A stretch of 64,000 nt of DNA from Paramecium tetraurelia (Eukaryota), in assembly GCA_000165425.1 (NCBI GenBank), contig CT868056.1, positions 62,001-126,000 on the forward strand. The letters are read 5' to 3'. Under the pieces are notes generated by a model. That model was given only the letters and a program-made list of their open reading frames with translations. It ran no database searches and was not told the DNA's origin. The position numbers and the translations under genes were made by a program. Position 1 is the first letter of the stretch. Every line of letters starts with the position of its first letter. Positions 1 to 11,909 of this stretch are shown piece by piece.

Positions 1-713
1 AAATTTTATTTAACTTGCTTTATTTCATAACCATCTTACCATTCCTCGACAAATCTCACATTATTCCTAGAACTAACAAACTCGCCCAATCTATAACGTT
101 CCCTCTCCAAATATTCTCTCATTTTTTCCCGCTTCAACTCCTCTACTTATTTCAAAGCCTCTGCAAATACTTCTTAGGTTCTCTTTTTGAAAGCATTATG
201 CTATTAAATTAATTCCTAACGCTCATTCTCCAATTGTTATTTCTCCTATCTTAATTGCTTTTCCACCTATTCCTTCTCCATCAATTTTTATTACAATTTG
301 TTTGCATCATCCTCACTTTGTTTTTAAACTGACTATAACATAACTTTACTTTCTTTTGGTTTGGCATACACAGTTTTATCATTCACTTAAGCCTTTTACT
401 TACCTTCTTCCGTATTCTTTTACTATAACGCTTTAATCTGATTACCCGCTTCATTGCTTACATCTTTCGTTGATTTCAAGTATTTGTAGATCGTTTAACA
501 ATTAGGTGGATTAACTAGTGCTTATTAATTATTATCATTAGATGATTCATCATCACTTTTTAATTTTTGGATAACCTTTTTTTTAGGCAACTCCGTATCA
601 ATCCTTCTTTTTCTACTTATCCTCTGTCTATCCTGTGAATTCTCAGGATTCTGGTTAAAGTAATTGGTTATCAACTATTAACCTGAATTCGATTGTTGTA
701 TTTCTTCTGACAT
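1..713 (-). CDS. TLK: Tousled-like kinase, N-terminal part (runs off the left edge; kinase domain not in window)
   Basis: Continuous ciliate-code frame from ATG at 713 (MSEEIQQSNS...). A coiled coil leads to REYLERERYRLGEFVSSRNNVRFVEEWQDGY, matching the Tousled RLGxF...FxExWxDGY motif. Confidence 0.75.
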
Positions 714-817
714 TTTAGTGTGTTTTATATAATTATTTATTAAATATACACACTCCTCTTTTATAAAGGTAATAGAAATTAATTAATAACACAAAAAAAG
801 GTTCCTATGTAATTAAT

Positions 818-1604
818 TCATATCCTCTTTTTGGAACCTTAAATTGAACCATCATTTTTTTAAGCCCTTCTTTGCGAAATCAATTTTCCATATGCTTTCA
901 TTACCTTCTCTCCTTCCTCCTTCTTTTTTGGATCATTCGCCATCAATGCATCCAGCAACTTCTACCTCCTGATTGTACTTATGATCAAACTGAAAGGCAG
1001 ATTCTTATTGATTGGCTGATTGCTCCCATGTCCCAAACGCCCATTTATCATGTCTAAAAGATCACACCACCTCTTTACCTTTAAAAAAATCAATCACCAT
1101 TGTCTCCTTCGAATTGCTTTTGCCATCTCCGTTTTTATTTTTTATAATCTCCAAGAATTCTTTAAATTCAATAGACCCATCATCATCAACTGTATAAATG
1201 AGTTTCTTAACATCCTCACGTGATTCGGCTATGCCCAACGAGATTAATGGCTCCTCTAATTCATCTATACCAATAGATTCTAATCATTTAAAATGCCATT
1301 TCATACTCGATCCATCCTCATCCAAAGAGTTGAAGTACTATTTCAATTGAGAACGCTCCTTGTCATTGAAGTCAATCAAATGCTTATTTTTCCTCTTCAA
1401 CAACCAATGTCTCAACATAGCCTCTTGCTTATATTAGGAATCATAACTTACCAGTTTCGAATCTTATTCATAGAATTCTTTTATTCTCTTATTCTTTTTG
1501 GCTATCAGCTCCTCGTAAGTAATATTTTCCAAACCTTGTGTTTTAATCATTTCCCCTATTTGCTCATTGGTGTAATTGGTAAAATCCATGTTATCATAAT
1601 CCAT
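818..1604 (-). CDS. EF-hand calcium-binding protein (centrin/calmodulin-like pair)
   Basis: MDYDNMDF...LKQYFNSLDEDGSKSIGIDELEEPLISLG...VDDDGSIEFKEFLEII after removing a 27-nt intron at 1280-1306. Possible 24-nt intron at 1428-1451. TGA at 818-820. Confidence 0.75.
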
Positions 1605-1790
1605 TTTATATAATAAATCAAATTATAAACAAATATTTTTGGTGTAATTCAATAAACTATAATACTTTATAATGCCAAATCAATATGATTTTCCACGCTT
1701 TTAAAATTAATTGCATCTAAATTGATAAAATACATATAAATATATATATATAAGTTTCACATATACAGATACACAAGTTTAATTACACAC

Positions 1791-4292
1791 TCATTTTTAA
1801 CTTTATAATTTATGGTTGATTACTATATAAATCATATTTTCTAGACAAGTAGTAGAATAAAATTAAGAAGCTTTAGGAACATGATTTTCTTGGCTAGAGC
1901 ATCTTTTAGGAATAGTTTAATACACATCAGGATATTGTTCCTCAATTATACTTACATTTGTAGAAGCATGAGAACTTTTTAAGGTTTTTCGAAAATATTT
2001 CAATTCCTAAGCAGGACTTTCAAAAGCATCATCAGGAATTGCAGGAAAAGTCAATAATATTTTACCTCCCGATTCAAAAGAATTGAAGCTCTTTTAATTT
2101 TTCTATCTTTTATCTTGCACATTTAAGAGTCTCCTTCTGTTCTCCTCCCCTGCTGAAGGTTTTCTAGCTAAATCTCTCTAAGCAAATTTCAGAATATTAT
2201 CAATGGATAATCTACTTTTTTTTTACTTTTAAGTATTGTATTTGATCTAATTTTGTTTCTTAATCTACAACATCCTAAGGAATCTCTCAGCACTCTCCTT
2301 CGTTCTTTTCTTTCTTTCCTCCTCTCTCTTATCTTCAATTATTTTTTAATTAAATTCTGCTTTTGTATTAACAATCGATATTATAGTACCAAGATTACAT
2401 TTTGGAATGAATCTAATGTATTCCTTCATAGATTCACTTACAAAAGAATCTTTAACCTACTTATCTCTTAATACTTTTTATGCTAACTTAAATTTAGTCA
2501 ACTATTTCTTTTTATTTAAAAAGTATTCTATGTTTAACATTTCTTTTTCAATTCTATTTTAAGCCCTTAGATATTTGTCATTTATAAATAATAAAAGGGT
2601 TTTTTGTTTTTATCTATGCTTTCTATTCTTTTTGAACTTGTTTTGAAATTTTTGGATGACATTAATTCTATCATACTTCGAGATAATTAGATGTGTATAA
2701 GGACAATAAATTGCTATGTGATTGCTTTCTTAACACAAGTAACATGTTAGTTTTAGGGCACTAATGTCTTGTTCTATTTCAATTTAGAATTTGATTTCAA
2801 AATATTTCTCCATATCTTCAGGAGATAATAACTGAAGGAATCTGCTGCGACACAATGTCAATAGATTTATGAAATTAGTTGCAATTATAGTAGAGGATCT
2901 TGGAACATTTGCAATAAAACCAATCTCCCCAAAATAATCTTTCTTTTTCAACTCATATTAAATATTTTCAATTTTCACACTACCATTTAATATATAGTAG
3001 ATTTGCTTATTTTCAACATCTCCTTATTGTAAAATAATGTCTTCAGGACTGAAGGTTTGTTCTTTGAAGTAATAGATCAATTTCTACAATAACTATGAGG
3101 AAAAGTTTTGGGAAAAGAGTAAACAAGATTAGGTTATTTTCTAATGGATTATTTCTAAAATTTCTCTCCTTAGATTTTCTGATAGATTTTAAAGTACTTA
3201 TTATTCATAACTATGTTAAATTTGTTCTTGCTATTGCAGCCATTCTATGTAGTTTTTGATCCTAGCTATTAATTATTTATTCACTCTCTTTTATTTCAAA
3301 TATAACATTATTTTATCTTGTTTTTCTAATATCTCGACTACATTTTCTTCTTAATTTTCGAACAGTAAAACTATGGAATTCATAATATAGCCAAAAAGAC
3401 CTGAAGAGAATATCATAACAATAACACCAAAAGATTGTTCTATTGTTGTTATCGGATAGATATCTCCATATCCTATTGTAATCATGGTGGTTATCGAAAA
3501 GTATATGGCTACCAAGTATTGTGATACCCAATAGTTTGTATCCTAATAGATAATGTAATTTTCCAGTTGGTACTTCTAATATCTAGTATACCAATTTGAA
3601 TCGGCTCCCTCGATTATCCTAAGTAAATTCCATATGCAGGCAAGCCAATGAGCTAAGCACAATATAATTATGCAAATCTTTAGAAAAGCAAAGAAAGAAA
3701 TGACTGATTTTGCCATCATCAACTGATCTTCCAATTGATTTATGTATTTCTTTAACTTTAAAGCCCTGAATAAACGAAGTATTTTTATAAAACGAACAAC
3801 TCGAACTATTTTTAAAATTTATGAATTTCTTTGTAATGATTCCGCTGAATTTGATTTTAGAGTTAATTCTATAATCATATCATATGGAAAGGATGAAATC
3901 AGATCTAGCCAGAACCAAGATGAAAAGTAGTTCCAAAATACTTTTTTGTGAGAAGTAATTAAATTTCCTCTATTATAGTTAACAATATACTTATGATAAT
4001 AGCTTGTATGAAAGGAAACGATGATATCTACCAAAAAGTAATAGTCCATTATTTGATTACAAATATCGTAAAAGAGATCTAATTCTATGGAAAAGGTTAT
4101 GACCAAAGGAATAGTAATCATTTACACAAAAATGAAAAGCATTCCTACTAAATCCCAACTCAATTTGTATGGGCTATCCGGTTTGAAAGGCTTAAAAAAC
4201 TCTTAGACCATGGTCTTTAAAGTTTATTTAATGACTTTATCATTTTTACTGTAAGTGTCTTCGAATAAAGCAACATAGCGTTCCTTATACAT
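1791..4292 (-). CDS. 6TM voltage-gated K+ channel with cyclic-nucleotide-binding domain (EAG/HCN-like ciliate family)
   Basis: S1 entry PDSPYKLSWD, basic S4, pore TTMITIGYGDIYP (~3455-3490) and CNBD cassette YFGEIGFIANVPRSSTI. Start taken at MYKERY (4292). The stop position is approximate. Confidence 0.9.
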
Positions 4293-4316
4293 AATTATTA
4301 AAATAACTCATCATAC

Positions 4317-6300
4317 TCATTATTATTAAGGCTTCTCAGATATTCTAAAACTGCTCCCTGGTCTTGTATATGCAATCAACTCTAACATAGATAGGATTTT
4401 TTACTATAACCTAGAGTACTTTTCTCTCCAACCTCCATTATCCTAGAAATAGTATAATTTTTTATTACAATAAATCTTCACCACTTTTACTTAAGCGTTC
4501 TACTTCAACATTCAATAAACTGATTATATTCCTAAGTAAATTCAATTCGCTCTCCTTTGATGTAACCTTCCACTTTATCTTTCTATCTTTAATTCTTGAC
4601 TGGTCAATTTATTGTTTTTGATTCCAAAATTTTTTATACAACTTTTTGGAATCTTCTTCTCCAATCTTTGGTCTCTTTCTTTTGCTTTTATAATGTAATT
4701 TCTTGTTCTCCAATAATTGCAATCGATATTTAGTTTACTTTTCTGCACATTCCCAAATTCAATATTTTTATAACATTCAAATAATTTATATGTTTGGTCA
4801 GCTGATTAATTCATTTTGCTAATCATTCAAATGGTCAATTCTAATTTTAGGAACTACTGTTGCTTATTAATCTTAGAATTTCTAAATTTCCTAATTTAAT
4901 GGTTCCAAAAACTTTTGAATTCCTACTCTACTTCTTATAATTATTTTTATCAAATTCTCTTAAGAGCTTAATGTGTTTATAATTCCTTTATGTTATTCAC
5001 TAACATTTAATTTGACTATTGTTTAATATCCATCTTTTGATTTCATTACTCCTTCAGTTTCTACTTTGTATTAAAATTAATAAGCTTTCTTTCTATAGTA
5101 AGCATTCAATTCCAAAATCTAAAGAATTTGTCTACCACAAATTGACATTTCTGATATCATAATTAATGTTATCTATATGTTTTTCTAATTGTGAAAATCT
5201 AAAGATGGCTTAATCTAATTAAATTATTTGAATTTTATTATTTAGTATTGACTTATTAGACTAGTTCCACAATTTTCTATATCATCCTTTTTACGATATA
5301 AGAATGTGTTAAGAAGGAACAAATAATTATAAAATTAAAGTGCTTTCTCCTTTTGTTATCTTTTTCTATCATGTAACCATCAATCTGATAAAGTTTAATA
5401 GTCAAAGTAAAATTTGTATCCAGGTTGTTCTATTTCCTAATCTTATTCTAAACACTCATTATATGTAGCCCTCAACTTGTTATTCTTTAGTTACTTTATC
5501 TTTTTTTCCAACTAATAAGTTCATATTTTTTATTTCTTATGCTAATTATTCCAACTCTCTTAATTTTGATCTATAAAATTCTCAAACTTTAAGTTATGAA
5601 CATATTTTCTCATTTTGTAATTGTTAATTCTTATTCAACTACTTGTAACACTATAATTTCAATAGTTTTTGAAGATAAGTTTGTTAGAGTTTTATTCAAC
5701 TCTTTGTCTTTTTTACCTATAAGATGTTTGCAACTCTGTTTTTAAATAATTAATAAATATAATTATTCGTATTATCTTTAGAATAGCATCTTTTCTCTTT
5801 ATAATTCTTATAATTTTTCTAATAAAATACTTCTAAATTGCATCTTCCATTGATTGGGCTCTGTTAACCAATTGTTCACTTTCATTAAAAAAAATTTATA
5901 AGGAATTACCTTATAATCCCTTAAGCTTCCAAAGTTCAACTTAATGTATTCAATTAATTATTTAATTCTTTATATCTTGGTTAATTCATTTCATCTTCCA
6001 AATATGGTAATGATTGTCATTGTTACTCAACTGTTAATCGAATTATGTTTATAATTTTGGTATTTTTCTATCTTTGAGTGACTAAAGGTATATATTTTCT
6101 TTGTAATTCTTGTTTCACATTAACTATTCTACCATGCATTCCAATATTAGAATTCCTTTAATTTACTTAAAGGGATTAACTTATTGATAACCACTAAAAG
6201 TATTTTTGATAATAGACTTTCTTTATAATGAGGGATCTAAACATTTTGATTAGTGTATGCGCCAAAATAAATATAAAATTAACAAATTTCTGATTGAATG
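4317..6300 (-). pseudogene. Decayed coiled-coil protein gene (probable pseudogene)
   Basis: Q/E/K/L-rich coiled-coil segments (EKLQELQREKMLFQRQYEQ; WREKYSRLQQK) switch frames. All three minus frames contain TGA within 5581-5640 and again around 5940-6060, with no plausible tiny intron to remove them. Boundaries are approximate. Confidence 0.5.
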
Positions 6301-6698
6301 ATATTATTTTTCATTTGGTGTGTCGATATTTATGAATTATTTAATTCTTTTAATTATTTTAATCTTTAGTTTATATATAATTATATTTCACTTTAGATAT
6401 AATTTATATAAATAATAACGATATTTTAAGCAATATATTATCATTAATCCTCTCAGTATTTCAAACCTAGTATAATTTTATAATACTAATTATCGAAAAC
6501 ATAATACAAAATACAATATTAGCTGAAATAATTATAAATATATTTGAATCTTCTCCTTTATTTTGGTTTGCAAACTAAGAGTAATTAGATGATCCATCAA
6601 TAGATGCTACTAACTTCTCTAGATATTCAAGAAAATACAATATTATTTATCGTAAAATAAAATTTTATATGTTTGGTTATATGACTGTTATGAAGGTA

Positions 6699-7047
6699 TC
6701 AATTCATTTTCTTTAAAATTTGTTCGAATACAGTGCTTTCCCTTTAGACATCTGCGCAATTTTCAAAGATGCATTCCATCAATGCATAAGATGTTGGTAC
6801 TGTTTATAAGCATGTGTCAAACTAATATTTTAGATGATATGTATACTTTGTCCAAGTCCTCATTTGATTGAAGAGCATCAGCGCAACTTTATATATTTTC
6901 TGCGCATCCTTTTGTTTTTGCGCAAGCACTTGCTTATGGTCTGCATTTTCTAGCCATGCATCTAGTTAATGGATCCTCTTTTCCCATGTGGACTGATCTT
7001 GCAGTGATTGTTAAAACCAAAAGAGCAACAATTAAGATATATTTCAT
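6699..7047 (-). CDS. Small secreted cysteine-rich protein (107 aa, 8 Cys)
   Basis: Signal-like start MKYILIVALLVLTITA. One 25-nt intron (6822-6846) restores the frame, giving CMARKC-x6-C-x5-C-x6-C...C-x12-CIFENC. TGA at 6699-6701. Confidence 0.8.
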
Positions 7048-7762
7048 TATTAATAATTGTCATTAATAGTTAACACATTATTGCTTTTATACTTATATAA
7101 TTATAATGGATATTAATTTATGATAATAATTAGATAAACCAAATGATTTACAAATTTGATTGAATTCTAACTTCCATAATTCTAATTTTAGATAAAAATT
7201 TACAATATTTTTAAATTAAAAAATCAAATCTAACTGCTTATAATATTAGAATATATTGAGATTAAAGATTGATTTTGGTTGAGATGGCACGATTATGATA
7301 ATTGTTCATAATAAACATTAAGAATTAACAATTCTCTAAAATTTGATCCTTAAAACTGTTGAAAGTGAATGCACATTCAAGAAATGAGCTTTTTAAAAAA
7401 ATTCACTTATATTAAATAGGTTTCGAAAATTTTTGAATTCTTGCTTGAAGTTTTATGTGAATTTCAAAGTTCATAGAGATTAGATCAGGAAATATTCAAT
7501 ATTTTTATAAATTATATACAATTAAATTAATTAATGTAATAAATAAACAGATTACATCTAACTTTCTAAATATTGAGATTGGGATATCAAGAATCTTAAT
7601 AGGAAATCAATTCAATTTCTAAATGCTTATTAACAATGTATTAACTTTAGCATTAAAAATATTTGATATTAAAGAGAAAACTGGGCAAATATTAAAAATT
7701 ATAAACTAATTAATCGATAATACTTTTTGGTAGGATTTTTAGCATACTAAAATTCAAATTAT

Positions 7763-9852
7763 TCAGTTTCTTTTGAACTATTTTAAATTAAACTGTTGAG
7801 TTTCAACGCTGAGAAGTGTTTTAGATGCCATTAATTTATCTTTTTTTATTTTTTCTCTAATTTGTGTAGTAACTTTTAAATCATCCATATCTTCAAATTC
7901 CTCTAATGCCTTTCTATAATCAGGGTAAAACTTAAGAACAAAATCATACGCCTCAACGTCGAGAATGTCAAGTCTGTAAAGTGCAGATGATAATAAACCT
8001 TGTAAACACTCTTTCATTTTTATCATAACATCCTTAATGTTCTCTTTAGTATTATTTCTTGTAATCTCTTACTCTTCAAGCAACTATTTAATTTTTGAAG
8101 AATTTTTTTAAGCATTATCATTTTCCTACTTTAAACTTTCGTCAATAATGATTTTTTGTACTTTATTAATAATATAATTTTACCTTCTTCAGGTTTCCAA
8201 AAATATTCTTATTAAGTATGAAATTCTATTTCATGATTGCATCTTGAACAAATAATTTATTTCACACCCTTCACATTTTTTTCAATCATCTCTATGCAAT
8301 GATCTAATATTTTGCTATCACATGCTTTGCAACAAGTCTTATTACATTTATTACAATTAGTTGAAAAGGCTTTCTTTTTATTTTTAAAAATAAATTCTTT
8401 CTTCCATTCAATTAAAAATATAACGGATTCAAACATCTTTGAATCCTCTATTTTATTTCTGTAGATTTACAACTTACGAGTATTTTCATCCACAGACTTT
8501 AGAACTTTAATTAATTGCAATAGCGTATGTTACAGCCCTCCTAATTCAGTCCTGATTTGAGTCCTTTATTAAATAACTTAGACTGTGGCAACTAACTTAA
8601 ATCCATCATTCGCTTCATTTTTGATGAAATCAAATAGCTTTTGATAATTTCCAAGATTTTTTTAGAAATGGATGTTTTCAATAAATCCATGTTTAATTGC
8701 TCTAAATACAGAATTTTAGAATTAAAAATAAAACTCTTCTTAGATCTTATTTTCTGCCTCATTGTTTTCTGCCTCAGTATTAAAGGGTTAATTTATAGCC
8801 TTAAATTAAGCTTCGTTAAAGGTTTCCTAAAGGTGCTCTTATTAATCGGGCTTTCTCGAATTTATAAGTATTTATTATTCCTTAACTGAATAGAATATAG
8901 AATCTCGACTCTCAAAATTTTAAGTACTAGTTGCAGTAAAATCTGAAAAGGTAAGACAATGTTTTGTAAATGCACACATTTCCTTTCCAAATAATTTGAG
9001 AATACTTAACATTGATAATTGTAAAAGGGATGGATTACCATCGATTACTTCATATTAAGTTGACGACTAAGATACAAATAAAATTGCATGCAGATTTTGA
9101 TTTTTCTTATATATTTGATCTTCGATATATTTAGATATTTATGTAATTCTTTCTTAATCTTTTTATAGACCTTCAGTATCGGCTAGCCCTGGTGTATCTA
9201 TCAGATTTATGATAAGATGGTTATCAATAATAAATTTATATGATGTAACTTCGTTAGTGTCAGATTATGCTTAATGATCTTTCACCTTTATTATTACAAA
9301 ATAATCCAAATTCAATTCCTTTCCCTTTACTCTAGGCTTGAACTCTCTCTCAATTGCAGTCACAAAACTATTAATAAATGTAGATTTTCCTTATCCAGTT
9401 ATTCCCACTATTAGAATATTTCTGATTTTCATATTAGTAAGAGAGATTTCCTTAAACTAATCAAAGGATTCAATATATTTTAAAAATTTTAGATCATGGA
9501 TCGATTTATAATTGATTATTATATCCTCTTCTTTGGATTATCGTAATAGATAGTTATTTAGAATTTATTTTTCAGCTTCATTAAGTCTTCTACCAGTTCT
9601 TGTTGTTTCACTCATTTGATATGAAGATAACAAGTCTGCCATAGATGTGATTTTATTTATCTTGAAGTAGGTTTTCCATTTGTTTTTTCTATCCCCAATA
9701 GCCAAAAATTTAAGAAATTCTGCCTCAAGATCATTCTCTTCTTTTTATTTTTGTTTTATAGGTTTCTCTTAGTTTTTGGATATCTGTTATGTGGGTTAGG
9801 GCTACATATCATTTTTGATTATTTATTTCTTTGGATTTTGACTATTGCCCAT
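7763..9852 (-). CDS. AIG1/septin-like P-loop GTPase with coiled coil and Cys/His-rich C-terminal domain
   Basis: MGNSQ start, G1 ILIVGITGQGKSTFINS, G3 LIDTPGLADT, G4-like LTFSD, then TNCNKCNKTCCKAC...C...CSRCNH...H. Short intron near 8162-8183. TGA at 7763-7765. Confidence 0.8.
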
Positions 9853-10344
9853 CTATATCACAGATAGATTTATTAATTTATGCTTTTAATATCATAATAA
9901 ATACATTTATGACAAATATAAATTAATAAAGTATTGAGTGAATATGGGTATGCTTAAAATGGACTACTGAAAAATGATTGAAAATAATGATAACACAAAG
10001 TCTATAATATTAGTTTATAAATAAAATTCTAATAATGCTGGATAGCGTTGAATAAGATGAGATCTTAAGTAAATGAACAAGAATAAACTCTTAAGATAAA
10101 GACATACCCTTTTTATGGTTATTATAATAAAATATTAAAGATAATAACATTTTATTAAAACAAATTTAAATATAACTCTAAAAAGAATATAATTACAATA
10201 ATTGAAGTTTAAACATAAGACAAAAAGGCAGCAAGGTTAATTTAGAACAATTATATATTATATATAATTTATTATTAATTTTCTTTAACTCTTATGGATT
10301 GTTTAATTTATGAATTATTTATATAATTTTATTTTATACAATTT

Positions 10345-11465
10345 TCATAATCCCTTATTAAAAACGATTGTCTTAATCTTATTTCCTTTGCTATTTGTTA
10401 GATTTTAATATTATGATTCTAAATCGGTTGGGTTAACCTTTAAATATTATGGGAATATTCCTATTCCAACAGAAAGACCACAATATAAGAAGAATCCAGA
10501 TAAACCTAGGTGGTATAATAAAAATACTTAAGTCTAGTGCTAGACCTACTGCTCTGCCTTGAGGATAACATTTTGCCTATTTCATATAGTAGATGACTAT
10601 GGGTGGAATAAACATAGGCAATGGTAAAATATATCTGGTCACAAGAGTTCTAAAGAATGCAATTTTTGCTGAGCAAATAGTAATTAATTTATTTACCTGC
10701 TTCTTTGGATAGTCCTGGTAAGGGTTCTTGTGTTTCATCATCAAAAACTTGAATTCCCTTTTAGAAATCTGGATATCTAGCGAAAAATAGATTGAATGTG
10801 TTAGCAATCAGAACACCGAATAAGGGACAAGCCTTTAAATAGAATGAGGATTGAGACTTACTCTAATGAGAAGTGCAGGGGCGTTGAGTTTCTTGAAGAG
10901 CCAGGATGTTCCCAAACTTCCAACTACTGCTGATGAAACTGCTCCACCATATGAGACTAATGAGATGCTATGAAAATTTACATGCCAACATTTCATTGGA
11001 AAATACATTAGAAGCATTTCTATTACAATAATTAAACATAAAGTTATAGGTTTGATTGGCAGATTGAGCTAGCAATTGATTGATTGGCTATGAATGAAAA
11101 TAAGAATTACTGTTGGAGGCAATACAGCTAATCCAAAAGCTAAGGGGACATTTACAGGAACAAATGTTGAGGTTCTGAATAGAATGTTAACAGGCTCTTT
11201 TAATTAGGGGTGAATGTTTGAGTCCACAACATATCTCATTTTCCATAATTATTAATCTGTGTATTTTTGTCTGATTGATGGATCTTTGTCAACGTTTGCT
11301 AATGTTTTCCCATATTCACTCAATTGTTCAGGAGAATAAAATATGTTGCTAAAATTAATGGAAAATGTTGTACGCTGGACTAATAATGTTTTAAAAATGT
11401 TTGAGTCTTCCCCAATAGGTGGTTAAATCCTCTGCTGAATCTTCTGTATTAGTATATCTCTTCAT
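10345..11465 (-). CDS. SFXN: Sideroflexin (mitochondrial tricarboxylate/serine carrier family)
   Basis: TYWGRLKHF, NIHPQLKEPVNILFRTSTFVPVN and the family-typical C-terminus FNKGL-stop. Several tiny introns. Confidence 0.9.
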
Positions 11466-11909
11466 AAATATTTAATAATGTAAATAAAAAATTGCAATAT
11501 TACGTCACTTTTATATCCTTTATATTAATTTTAGTATATATAAATATTCAAGTCTTATCGTTTCTCCTTGTTAGTACTTTTGCAATTATAATTTTACTCA
11601 GAAATTATTTTTTTGTAATAGCCAAGTTAAGTAGTGAATGATAGATTCTTAATTGTATTGAATATTATCTTTTATCAACCTATATTCCTTGATTTATATC
11701 GATAAAAATGTGAAAATTTAAATGAAAAATGGGACTCTACAAATTTGATGAGAAAAGAACATATCAAATCTTCTGTGAGATACTCTTGAATATGAATCAA
11801 TGTATTTATATGCCCAGAGATGTAATTGTATGGAGAGACAACTTTAGATCTGATGGGAAGGATTTGTATTAAAAAGAGTTGATTATTTATTTTTATCATA
11901 AATTAATTA

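Noticed and set aside
872..1613. Plus-strand ORFs in the track (872..1057, 1012..1197, 1020..1223, 1293..1613)
   Set aside because: They are antisense shadows of the minus-strand EF-hand gene and carry no motifs of their own.
4293..4319. Possible TGA read-through or selenocysteine fusing the coiled-coil region to the K+ channel
   Set aside because: There are three in-frame TGAs within four codons, no redox motif, and no GT..AG intron that removes the first TGA in the right frame.
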